From contig NYZZ01000041.1 of assembly GCA_002687355.1 (NCBI GenBank), forward strand, positions 38,156-102,155: DNA of 64,000 nucleotides. Reading direction: 5' to 3'. Position 1 is the stretch's first letter, and every line of letters begins with the position of its first letter. The notes beneath the pieces were generated by a model, which had not been told where the DNA came from, did not search any database, and worked only from the letters and a program-made list of their open reading frames with translations. A program made the translations under genes and the position numbers. The stretch is from Methanobacteriota archaeon (GTDB taxonomy: Archaea > Thermoplasmatota > Poseidoniia > MGIII > CG-Epi1). This document shows, piece after piece, positions 28,118 through 36,496 of the stretch.

Positions 28118-29517
28118 TGCGCACCTCCAATTTCAATTTTAGGTCCCGACCTGATTGATTGATAAAGGATCCACATGATGACGCTCAGTATCAGGCTGAC
28201 CGAGACGACGAACCGCGTTTCATCCAGCCCGAAAATCAGGTAAAGCAGGATCGCCCCGATACCGGCTGCCGGGATGCTGGCGACCCAGCTAGCAGCAATC
28301 TTTCCAAAAACGCTGAAATCCACTGATGAGGTTCCTCTTGCCAGCCCGACTCCCACCACAGAGCCCACAAGGGTATGTGTAGTGGAGATGGGCACAGCCA
28401 AGAATGGCATGGAGAATAAGAGAACGGTGGTCGCGGCGGCGAACTGAGCTGCAAACCCGCGAGTTGGAGTAATGTGAGTTATTTTCTCACCAATGGTCTT
28501 CATAACGCGATGGCCCCAGGTAGCTATACCGATGACGATGCCAACACTTCCCAGCAGTACCAACCATAGAGGGACCTCGGCTTCCGGACTTAGTACGCCA
28601 GCTTGGTAAACTTGCCATACTGCCGCCATTGGACCAATGGCGTTGCTACGGTCATTCGCCCCGTGTGCAAAGGCGACATAGCATGCGGTGATTATCTGGA
28701 GCCAGACAAATATGTGTTCGACTCCCGCATAACCTTTCTCCTTGAATTCATGCTTGCGTAGTAGTAAGTAGAGAGCCAGATTAGCTAGTGTTGCCAATAA
28801 CAGTGCTATCTGCAGGCTCTGTATAGGTAGGCATTCTACGACAGCATCCGTGAAACTAAGATTTGCGGCACAATTTTTGGCAGGTAGCCAGGCGGACGGC
28901 AGCAGGAATTTGAGGGCTTTATACTGGAGCGCCAGTCCAAGTACAAAGAATGTCGGGAAAGCCAGGATTGGTGCCATCCAGCGCGATCGTTGGATGGGGT
29001 CCTCAGCTTCCATAATTGTCATGCGTATAACCATGAAAGTCACGTAGGCCAACACTCCACCCAGTAATGGAGAAATAACCCAACTCAAGGCTATCTGGCC
29101 AACTTTCTGAAAATCCACCAACCCTGGGTCGATAAAGAGGCCGAAACCGATTATGCCACCCACAATGCTATGAGTTGTAGAGACAGGCAATCCGTAGCGG
29201 GTGGCAACAGTAATCCAAAGCGCGGCCGCTAGCATGGCAGCGATGAAGCCATATTGTAGCTCGCGAGAAAGACTAGCCATCTCCTCCTCGGAAATAACAA
29301 GCACCCCCTTGCGTACCGTGTCAGTTACGGCATCTCCAGCGAAGAAGGCACCGCAAAATTCGAAAACCGCAGCAATGATTATGGCGTTGCGCAGAGTCAG
29401 CGCACCGCTCCCAACGCTGGTGCCCATAGCGTTGGCGACGTCGTTGGCGCCGATGTTCCACGCCATGTACGCTGCTACCGCAATGGCTAGTAGTATCATC
29501 AATTCGAGTCCGAACAC
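28114..29517 (-). CDS. pit: inorganic phosphate transporter, PiT family
   Basis: 467-aa polytopic membrane protein with two GANDVANAMGTSVGSG / GANDRSNAIGPMA PiT signature repeats. Confidence 0.85.
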   Translation of the reverse strand: MFGLELMILLAIAVAAYMAWNIGANDVANAMGTSVGSGALTLRNAIIIAAVFEFCGAFFAGDAVTDTVRKGVLVISEEEMASLSRELQYGFIAAMLAAALWITVATRYGLPVSTTHSIVGGIIGFGLFIDPGLVDFQKVGQIALSWVISPLLGGVLAYVTFMVIRMTIMEAEDPIQRSRWMAPILAFPTFFVLGLALQYKALKFLLPSAWLPAKNCAANLSFTDAVVECLPIQSLQIALLLATLANLALYLLLRKHEFKEKGYAGVEHIFVWLQIITACYVAFAHGANDRSNAIGPMAAVWQVYQAGVLSPEAEVPLWLVLLGSVGIVIGIATWGHRVMKTIGEKITHITPTRGFAAQFAAATTVLLFSMPFLAVPISTTHTLVGSVVGVGLARGTSSVDFSVFGKIAASWVASIPAAGIGAILLYLIFGLDETRFVVSVSLILSVIMWILYQSIRSGPKIEIGGAQ

Positions 29518-29520
29518 TAA

Positions 29521-29607
29521 CTGGCGCTTACATGGGGGTTAAATAAATATTTTCTATATAAAATATATAATCTATATATTTAATATACCGACCTGTCTGC
29601 TGGGTAG
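29521..29607. promoter_or_regulatory. AT-rich divergent promoter region between pit and phoU-like gene (multiple TATA-like elements)
   Basis: ...aaataaatattttctatataaaatatataatctatatatttaatata... is an extreme AT spike in a ~62% GC background, sited between divergently transcribed genes. Confidence 0.6.
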
Positions 29608-29610
29608 GTG

Positions 29611-30588
29611 ATGGAAAGACGGAAGCTACAGCTGACTGGCGGCTCGACGATTACGGTATCGCTGCCTCGGAAATGGATTGATGAATCCAGGGTTGGGCGG
29701 GGAAACGAGGTGTCACTCATTCCTCAGGCCAATGGCACTTTGGTAATCGACCCACGCGACGAACATTATACGCACAAGAAGCGCCGCAAGCTCGAGGTAG
29801 CTGACGAAGTAGACCAGCAACTGTTCCGCAGGCTCATAGGTATCTACCTGACTGGTACAACTGAACTTTCTGTGGTGTCATCCAATCGCTTCACTGTCCG
29901 CCAGCGACAAACCGTCCGTGATTTCTCAGCTAGCGTTATCGGGATGGAGATAGTAGAGGAGGAGGCAAACCGTATCCTGCTCTATGATGTTACCAGCTCT
30001 GGCGCGTTACCGTTCGACCGGGCAGTTAAGCGACTCTACAAGATAGTGCGAGCGATGTATGATGACGCAGTCTCTATCTTACAGGGCTCTGATATCTTGG
30101 CAGATGAGGTTATCGACCGCGACCGCGAGGCTGACAAGCTCTACTGGTTTATTGACCGGCAGTTCAACATGACTCTAGAGACTCTACAGTTGGCTGATAA
30201 GGTTGCAGGTGGATTGCCTCACGGGCAATTTTTTACACACACCGCTCGCGCACTTGAACGGATTGGTGACCATGCTTGCCGACTTGCCGAAGCGGCGGAG
30301 GAAATGGAGACAGCCGATAGTCGACTGCTTAAACTAGCCGTGGAGGCAGGTGGAATCATGGAGGATGCCATGGCTAGCTTTTCAGCCATCAGGGCGAAGG
30401 CAGCCGTCGACATAGTGGATCGTGGGAAGGCGTACCGGAACCGCTGTCAACATTACTTACAGCAGTATGCCGCCAGAACTCCTGATGAGCCCCTATCGCT
30501 TTTCATGGCACTCGAGTCGATAATCCGTACTGCTATGTACTCGACCGATATCGCTGAGGCAACCATCAATTTTGCGTCGCAGGACTGA
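29611..30588 (+). CDS. phoU: phosphate uptake regulator: AbrB/SpoVT-like swapped-hairpin N-domain + PhoU domains
   Basis: N-terminal MERRKLQLTGGSTITVSLPRKWIDE (AbrB/MazE-like), then two PhoU-like helical repeats. Divergent from pit. The ATG at 29611 is preferred over the upstream GTG. Confidence 0.7.
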   Translation: MERRKLQLTGGSTITVSLPRKWIDESRVGRGNEVSLIPQANGTLVIDPRDEHYTHKKRRKLEVADEVDQQLFRRLIGIYLTGTTELSVVSSNRFTVRQRQTVRDFSASVIGMEIVEEEANRILLYDVTSSGALPFDRAVKRLYKIVRAMYDDAVSILQGSDILADEVIDRDREADKLYWFIDRQFNMTLETLQLADKVAGGLPHGQFFTHTARALERIGDHACRLAEAAEEMETADSRLLKLAVEAGGIMEDAMASFSAIRAKAAVDIVDRGKAYRNRCQHYLQQYAARTPDEPLSLFMALESIIRTAMYSTDIAEATINFASQD

Positions 30589-30612
30589 TTAACCGTCTGC
30601 CTCTGCCAGACT

Positions 30613-31302
30613 GTGAAGCTAGACGCACCTTTCTATGCACAGACAATGGATTTCAGTTGCGGCCCTGCGTGCGTAGTGATGGCGCTGGGTTACTTCAACC
30701 TCGCTAGCCCTCTGGACCGTGACCTGGAGGTCGAGATATGGCGCGAGACCAACGCGGTGGAGACTGGTGGCTGCGGGCGCTATGGTGCAGCAGCGCCACT
30801 GGCACTGCGCGGACTGCGACCGCATATAATCTGTAGCGCTGCTGGACTCGGCCTCATGGACAGCGTCCATGAGCGTGTAGCTGGTATAGATCCCGGCACA
30901 CTGGAGTTTTTTCATGTTATGCAGCAGCGACTCTGTGCGCGTAATGGAGTTACGGAAGAGCAACGACAGCCAGCTCTGGCCGATATTCGCGTCGCTTTGA
31001 GCGCTGAGCGTCTGGTACTAGCGTTGGTCTCGACAGCACTTTTTCCAGAAGAAGAAGACGAACTCCCACACTGGGTGCTGGTGACTGGTATGCGTGACAA
31101 CGAACTACTGGTGCACAATCCGCTTGACGGAGCGGAAAAGGCACATCGTCCAGTTGCCGCACAAGCGCTGCTGGCTAGTGCGGCACGGTTCCGCGAGCAA
31201 TCGCTGTTATCTGTCGACAGTCGCGAATGGTCTGGTGGAGAGCCGGTGGTAGAGCCACCGTTACCAGAGGATTTCCTCGATTATAGTTACGAGCCAGCCT
31301 AG
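30613..31302 (+). CDS. peptidase C39-like (papain-fold cysteine peptidase-like) domain protein, cytoplasmic
   Basis: An N-terminal Q...C motif (YAQTMDFSCGPACVVMAL), typical of C39/C39-like domains. No signal peptide and no adjacent ABC transporter. Confidence 0.5.
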   Translation: MKLDAPFYAQTMDFSCGPACVVMALGYFNLASPLDRDLEVEIWRETNAVETGGCGRYGAAAPLALRGLRPHIICSAAGLGLMDSVHERVAGIDPGTLEFFHVMQQRLCARNGVTEEQRQPALADIRVALSAERLVLALVSTALFPEEEDELPHWVLVTGMRDNELLVHNPLDGAEKAHRPVAAQALLASAARFREQSLLSVDSREWSGGEPVVEPPLPEDFLDYSYEPA

Positions 31303-31332
31303 AAGGGGGGAACAGAGTTATCCGCCAACAAT

Positions 31333-32724
31333 CTAGAATACGGTTGTCGAAAGGAAATAATAGATTAGGTATAGTCCGACAATAACCATGACTACACCTC
31401 CCCCTATCTCAATCTGGCGAGTAGAAGCTTTCAATTTATCAACAATCGTGGATTCAGATGCAGCGACTACCGTTGTGAATGCAACCATAAGGGCCCCAGC
31501 CGTAGCCGAGAATATCAAGAAAACAGACAGTCCCGTAAGGATTCCTCTCCCGATGCTCGCAGTTAACAGCCCTACAATGACTGGAGCCACACAGCCTGTC
31601 GCAGCAGAGCCATAGGCAACACCATACCAGAAAAGTCCAGTTCTAGTTCCGTCTGCGTTATCGGAGAAACTAAATTCTTTCCCCGTGGTCATCCTGATAA
31701 CGCTTTCGACACCATTCTTGACCATAATCATTGGTTGTGAACTAGATACGGCCGACATCAGGTCTCTGAATGGTCCGACTATCATGTTGGAGTCATATTC
31801 TATTACCATTACGGTACCCATGGATAGAATCAGGATGCCTACAACCAGTTCGAGTACAGGAATAAACCCTCCGATTATACTAACAAATGGAACTAGTAAA
31901 ATTCCAATTAGTAACAGAATCCCCATTAATCCAGCAGCGGCGGCTAAGCCATCTGGTAAAGCTTCTTTTGCGGTTTGTTCATTAAATTTACCGGTGCGAC
32001 TCTTCTTGCTAGACAGGTAGAAGGACATGTAGCCAGGTAACATGGGAAATGAACATGGTGAAAAGAAAACCATAACACCCGCTCCGACGGCAAACAAGTA
32101 TATCGAGGATTCCTTTACCTTAACGAGTGTACCTTGCCCTGTCAGGGCTTTATTAACTTCTAATTCCAGTTCATTTGAACTCTTGGGAACAGACTTCCCT
32201 GTCGTACCGCCTGCTTCGTAGGTAATTTGTCCATTCTTGTCAATAATGAATAGTTTAGGAGTTCCAGTGACGCCATATGCAAGTTCGATATCGCCGTTAG
32301 AATCGCCCATTGCATGTATCCATCCAAAATCCTCCGCATAATTTCGCAGCTCCGATTCATCATCTTCACCGAAGACACTTACTGAGATGATAACTACGTC
32401 GCCGTTGTCCATATTCTTAGAATATGGTTCAAGCGCATCATCCACAAATTTTTCACACGGCACACATGTAGTGAACATAAAATCCAGAACGACTACTTTT
32501 TCACCTTCGTAATCCGAGAGTGAGAATGTATTTCCTCCAGTATCTTTTAGTGTGAAATCCGGGGCATCAGACTCTCCTCCAATCATTCCATACAGGACAA
32601 CAGCCAGAATCAAAATCATGGCTGTTCCTATGCCAAATAGTACCTTGTTCTCGAGGATGGTATTGTATGCCTTGCTCCGACTTACGTCCTCAACCAGAAC
32701 ATCCCAATTCGTCTTTTGAGTCAT
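31333..32724 (-). CDS. TlpA/ResA-like thioredoxin domain fused to CcdA/DsbD-type transmembrane electron-transfer domain
   Basis: An N-terminal TM anchor, then the thioredoxin fold with CVPC active site (DFMFTTCVPCEK). This is followed by a polytopic domain starting FFSPCSFPMLPGY (CcdA TM1 Cys motif). Lower GC than its surroundings. Confidence 0.75.
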   Translation of the reverse strand: MTQKTNWDVLVEDVSRSKAYNTILENKVLFGIGTAMILILAVVLYGMIGGESDAPDFTLKDTGGNTFSLSDYEGEKVVVLDFMFTTCVPCEKFVDDALEPYSKNMDNGDVVIISVSVFGEDDESELRNYAEDFGWIHAMGDSNGDIELAYGVTGTPKLFIIDKNGQITYEAGGTTGKSVPKSSNELELEVNKALTGQGTLVKVKESSIYLFAVGAGVMVFFSPCSFPMLPGYMSFYLSSKKSRTGKFNEQTAKEALPDGLAAAAGLMGILLLIGILLVPFVSIIGGFIPVLELVVGILILSMGTVMVIEYDSNMIVGPFRDLMSAVSSSQPMIMVKNGVESVIRMTTGKEFSFSDNADGTRTGLFWYGVAYGSAATGCVAPVIVGLLTASIGRGILTGLSVFLIFSATAGALMVAFTTVVAASESTIVDKLKASTRQIEIGGGVVMVIVGLYLIYYFLSTTVF

Positions 32725-32783
32725 GCCTACGATAGGGCGTACTACAGTTTGTATTTATCTATTTGTTATCTGCCCTGCTTCTA

Positions 32784-34244
32784 CTAATCTGTAGCTACAG
32801 AAGGCTTTCTAGCCCAGAAAATAAATCCGGATACGCACGCTATCAATATAACTCCACCAATGATTAACAACACAGGCAGACCTTTCTTTTCTTCGGGCGT
32901 CATAGCCGAGACAGTAGCCACGTCGGTACTTCCCTTCGTCCAGTTACCATCGTACGCTACGATGCTATACTCAACCTCTGTAGAATCATCTACATTGAGA
33001 ACAGCAAAAGATTCTCCGCTCCCGATTGTACATATATCTCCATCACACACCTCTCCATTTATGGTCATAGGCTTGTAGGACCAATTATAGGATATATTTG
33101 AGATATGGGAAGCTTCGCGATAGATGACCAGAGCTGCAGTCAGTTCACCACCATCATCCTCGATAACAGCATTAATCTTCACTTTTCCATTTTCAGAAGT
33201 TGGTTTCTCTAGCTCAATCGACGGTGGGCTTGCTTCTTCATCGTAAGCAGTACCTTCGGGCGTCGCCGAATTCAGTGCTCTGGGGGACCCGTCATTTCCG
33301 TCTCCTCCATCTTCATTACCACTTCCATCCCCCCTACTAGAACTAGTGTCATCCATGTCATAAACAACAGCAACCGGGTACACGTTCCGGGGGTTAATAG
33401 GAACTCGAATAGGTTCCTCTATTCCATCTCTAACGATAGTGCTAGGGACCAACCAGTCAGCATAGATTTCATTCAGAGATTCACCTGGCTGAAGTTCAAA
33501 ATCTTTCCCCTCAAGAGCATATTCCCTGAACACATTGTGCATGGTTACGTCAGCATCATTGACGGTACTCCAAGCTGTAACATGATCCTCTACCATGAAA
33601 ATGTGAAGCCGTCCGTTGAGAGTATCATCTGGCAATTCCATGCTCATTGGATCGAAATTTTCGTTGTTCTCAATGTATTCTATATCTACCCTGACTGAAA
33701 AGCGCTGCCCGTCATAAATGGAGGCGACCTTAAGATTCACCATCTTAATCTGGTCCCTTTCTCCAGAATCTTGGAGTGCGCTTTTCATTTCCTCATAATT
33801 TGCACTCGGAGCATTCGCGCTATGTGAGCCTCCCATCTCTACATATCCACCATCAGCGTCTAGAGATGGAGTACCAGAGACTCCAGGCTGGTAATATTTC
33901 ATCCGATCCCGCGACTCATCAGTCATAAGATCATCCTCACCGCCTCCGTTTAGTTCATGGAATTCTATGTAGTTCCAAGGGTTCCCCTCTGTGTATCCTT
34001 CTTCCTCCCAGAGTCGCGTTGCGTCGGGATGCGCCACACTCATGCAAGGAGGACAGGAAAGCCCAGTGAAGTGCTCAAGTATAGGCCGATGGGTCCATTG
34101 ATATGGGTGTTCAGAATTCTCGGTTTCAACACCCTGAATCTCAGCCGCCAAGCTGGAAGTAAATGATGTGCAGAACGAAAGTGCAATCGCTATTGCTACG
34201 GCAACCTTAACCGACTCGAACACATTTCTGTACCCAGCAGGCAA
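32784..34244 (-). CDS. secreted/membrane-anchored protein with CPPC thioredoxin-like motif, acidic linker, Ig-like region and C-terminal TM anchor
   Basis: A signal peptide, then HFTGLSCPPCMSVAHPD, a Gly/Asp linker DGSGNEDGGDGNDGS, and a C-terminal helix LPVLLIIGGVILIACVSGFIFW. Low-GC island. Confidence 0.5.
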   Translation of the reverse strand: MPAGYRNVFESVKVAVAIAIALSFCTSFTSSLAAEIQGVETENSEHPYQWTHRPILEHFTGLSCPPCMSVAHPDATRLWEEEGYTEGNPWNYIEFHELNGGGEDDLMTDESRDRMKYYQPGVSGTPSLDADGGYVEMGGSHSANAPSANYEEMKSALQDSGERDQIKMVNLKVASIYDGQRFSVRVDIEYIENNENFDPMSMELPDDTLNGRLHIFMVEDHVTAWSTVNDADVTMHNVFREYALEGKDFELQPGESLNEIYADWLVPSTIVRDGIEEPIRVPINPRNVYPVAVVYDMDDTSSSRGDGSGNEDGGDGNDGSPRALNSATPEGTAYDEEASPPSIELEKPTSENGKVKINAVIEDDGGELTAALVIYREASHISNISYNWSYKPMTINGEVCDGDICTIGSGESFAVLNVDDSTEVEYSIVAYDGNWTKGSTDVATVSAMTPEEKKGLPVLLIIGGVILIACVSGFIFWARKPSVATD

Positions 34245-34263
34245 TATATGACACTATCTGTGT

Positions 34264-36162
34264 TCAAAGTGTTAGCATTGCACGAACCTTCGCCTCAATA
34301 TCTGCCGGCGCGAGTCCCTGATGCGGAATTTGCTCTGCTTGTCCGCAATTGCCCGGCCGCGTAGTACCGATATGGGCATACCGGGGGGTCAGTCCACGCT
34401 CTAGCAGCCAGGTACCGTAGCGAATGCCGAGGCCGGTGCGCTGGTTGAGACTCTCGACAACTAGTATAAAAGGAGAAGTACCGAGTTGTACAATCACATC
34501 ATCATCCACTGTATTTAGAGTTGGCTTGTTCACCAAGCCTACCGAGATTCCCTCAGTGCGCAATTTTTCCACCACGTGTAGGCAGCGATGTAGCATATCG
34601 CCAAAGCTCACAATCCAGCCGGTATCACCTTCACGTACTATCTCATCGCACCCTGGCTTGAATTGGTAGTCGCCAGCATGGAGCGGTTCGCCTCCTTCAG
34701 TGAGGATTTCTGGCAATTTAGAGCGGTTTGAGAACACGAATCGCATACCTCCTTTGGTGAAAATGTGCTTGATGACGGCGTCCATTTGGTGCACATCAGC
34801 GGGGAAGTAAAGTCCGGTCTGTGCGCCCTCGGATACGTAGTTGTCAGCGAAGAAGTTGTTGAGTCCGAAGTGACATGTGTTGTCGGACATCGCGTCAACC
34901 CCAGCATGCGAGAAGTGGCAGAGCAGATCGCACTCGTTGAGCCGTGACATGGTGATTTCGGAAATTACCATTTCTAGGAAGGCGGAGAAGGTGGCGAAAA
35001 TGCCTTGATGCCCCGACTGCGAGCCGAATCCCGCCGCTGCGAGGAAGTTGCCGCGCTCTTGCACTCCCCCACTGGTGAAACACTCTGGAAATTGTTCACG
35101 AATCGCTGTGAGGCCCACCGACCCTTCTAGGTCCGAATCGAAGGCGCGAACGCGTTGCCGGTCTGTAGGTGACAGGTCTTTTAGGATGGCAGAGAGCGAC
35201 AGTCCGAATTGCTTGCGACATGCGCTGGACGCACCGCTGCCAAGCAGCTCGGTTGAGCCCCCCGTCGCCTCTTCCGCCTCGATTTTATCAAGAAGCATCA
35301 GCGCTGTGTCGTAGTTGCGCGCAGTGAGGTACTCGCGCGCCGCAGCGAGTGTGATGACATCGTGCAGTTGCGGTGTCCCCTCAAGCTGTGGGATGCCTGG
35401 CCCCATGCTACGGCGGCAGAGCACTGCCACCGGACCGTCCTGCTGTAGCGCACTGACGATAGCAGCTAGCAAGGCACTTGAATCCTCGCCGTCGGCCGTA
35501 AAGATTGCGAAGCCATGGCCTCCAAGGGTGCGCTCTAGGTCGAACCCCGGAAGGTAACGATCGGGGTAGCCAGCTATGGTGACGTTATTGTCATCGATAA
35601 TCCATTTGACGTTGAGGTTATTGGCGACTGCCAGTCGCGCCGCCTCACCGTTGTTGCCCTCCATTTGTGATCCGTCGGAGCCGAACATCACTACCGCACT
35701 TCCAGGATTCGCAAATGCGACGCCGTTGGCGTGTCCTGCAGCGTGGCCGAGCCGCCCACTTGAGAAATCAATGCATTCCAGTAGTTCCTTCTCCGGGTGG
35801 CCAGCTAGTCCCGAGCCATACTCGCGGTAGTGCAGTAGTTGCTCCGGCGGTAGTTGGCCTCGCAGCGCAGCGCGCGCATATTGGAGAGCTGCGCGGTGGC
35901 CTGCTTCGTCGAAGAACTCAGGATGGATGGCCGCTCCTCCGTCGCGTAGGGCGTCGACAATCAGCACCTCCGGCACGATGTCGTACGGTCCACCGGTGTG
36001 GCCGCCGAGGCCACGTGCGCGGGCGACTGCGGTTAGTGTAATGATAGCGTCGCGCAGCAGAGTGATGTTACGCTCTAGCTGCGCCAGCACCGGCTCGCTA
36101 ATCTCAGGTTCAAGAGGTAATTTTAGCCGCGAAAAGCCACTTATGTTGAGGGGAAAATCCAT
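34264..36162 (-). CDS. tkt: transketolase (single-chain)
   Basis: 632 aa. A TPP-binding N-terminus (GHTGGPYDIV...GSDGSQMEGNNGEAARLAV) and a pyrimidine-binding/C-terminal domain. Confidence 0.8.
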   Translation of the reverse strand: MDFPLNISGFSRLKLPLEPEISEPVLAQLERNITLLRDAIITLTAVARARGLGGHTGGPYDIVPEVLIVDALRDGGAAIHPEFFDEAGHRAALQYARAALRGQLPPEQLLHYREYGSGLAGHPEKELLECIDFSSGRLGHAAGHANGVAFANPGSAVVMFGSDGSQMEGNNGEAARLAVANNLNVKWIIDDNNVTIAGYPDRYLPGFDLERTLGGHGFAIFTADGEDSSALLAAIVSALQQDGPVAVLCRRSMGPGIPQLEGTPQLHDVITLAAAREYLTARNYDTALMLLDKIEAEEATGGSTELLGSGASSACRKQFGLSLSAILKDLSPTDRQRVRAFDSDLEGSVGLTAIREQFPECFTSGGVQERGNFLAAAGFGSQSGHQGIFATFSAFLEMVISEITMSRLNECDLLCHFSHAGVDAMSDNTCHFGLNNFFADNYVSEGAQTGLYFPADVHQMDAVIKHIFTKGGMRFVFSNRSKLPEILTEGGEPLHAGDYQFKPGCDEIVREGDTGWIVSFGDMLHRCLHVVEKLRTEGISVGLVNKPTLNTVDDDVIVQLGTSPFILVVESLNQRTGLGIRYGTWLLERGLTPRYAHIGTTRPGNCGQAEQIPHQGLAPADIEAKVRAMLTL

Positions 36163-36202
36163 GCCTGCCGGGGCAGCCTGAGTCCCGGCTTAAACGTAAC
36201 CG

Positions 36203-36496
36203 TCAAAGTGTTGCGCACAGCCCCAGAATTTCGGAGTTGCCACCGTCCAAGATGGTCACGGCTGAAATTCCAAATGGTTTGCCGCATGCTATACCTAAGT
36301 CGGCATTAGTACCATCGAAATGGTATACAGGCACCTCGCCCCGTTCGATATCCTCGACAGCTGCTGCAGGGCAGTTGCGAGCCAGTAGCACAAGCTTCGC
36401 CTTACCTGCAGCAACAGCTTCACGACATTGGCTAGTGCCGAGTTGCACGTTGCCAGTGCCGATAGCACTGCGCAGCTCGCGGTTAATGTCCATCAA
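36203..36496 (-). CDS. rpl30e: 50S ribosomal protein eL30
   Basis: [13 protein letters not shown]...[30 protein letters not shown] is the L30e signature. Canonical position downstream of rpoA2. Confidence 0.8.
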   Translation of the reverse strand: MMDINRELRSAIGTGNVQLGTSQCREAVAAGKAKLVLLARNCPAAAVEDIERGEVPVYHFDGTNADLGIACGKPFGISAVTILDGGNSEILGLCATL

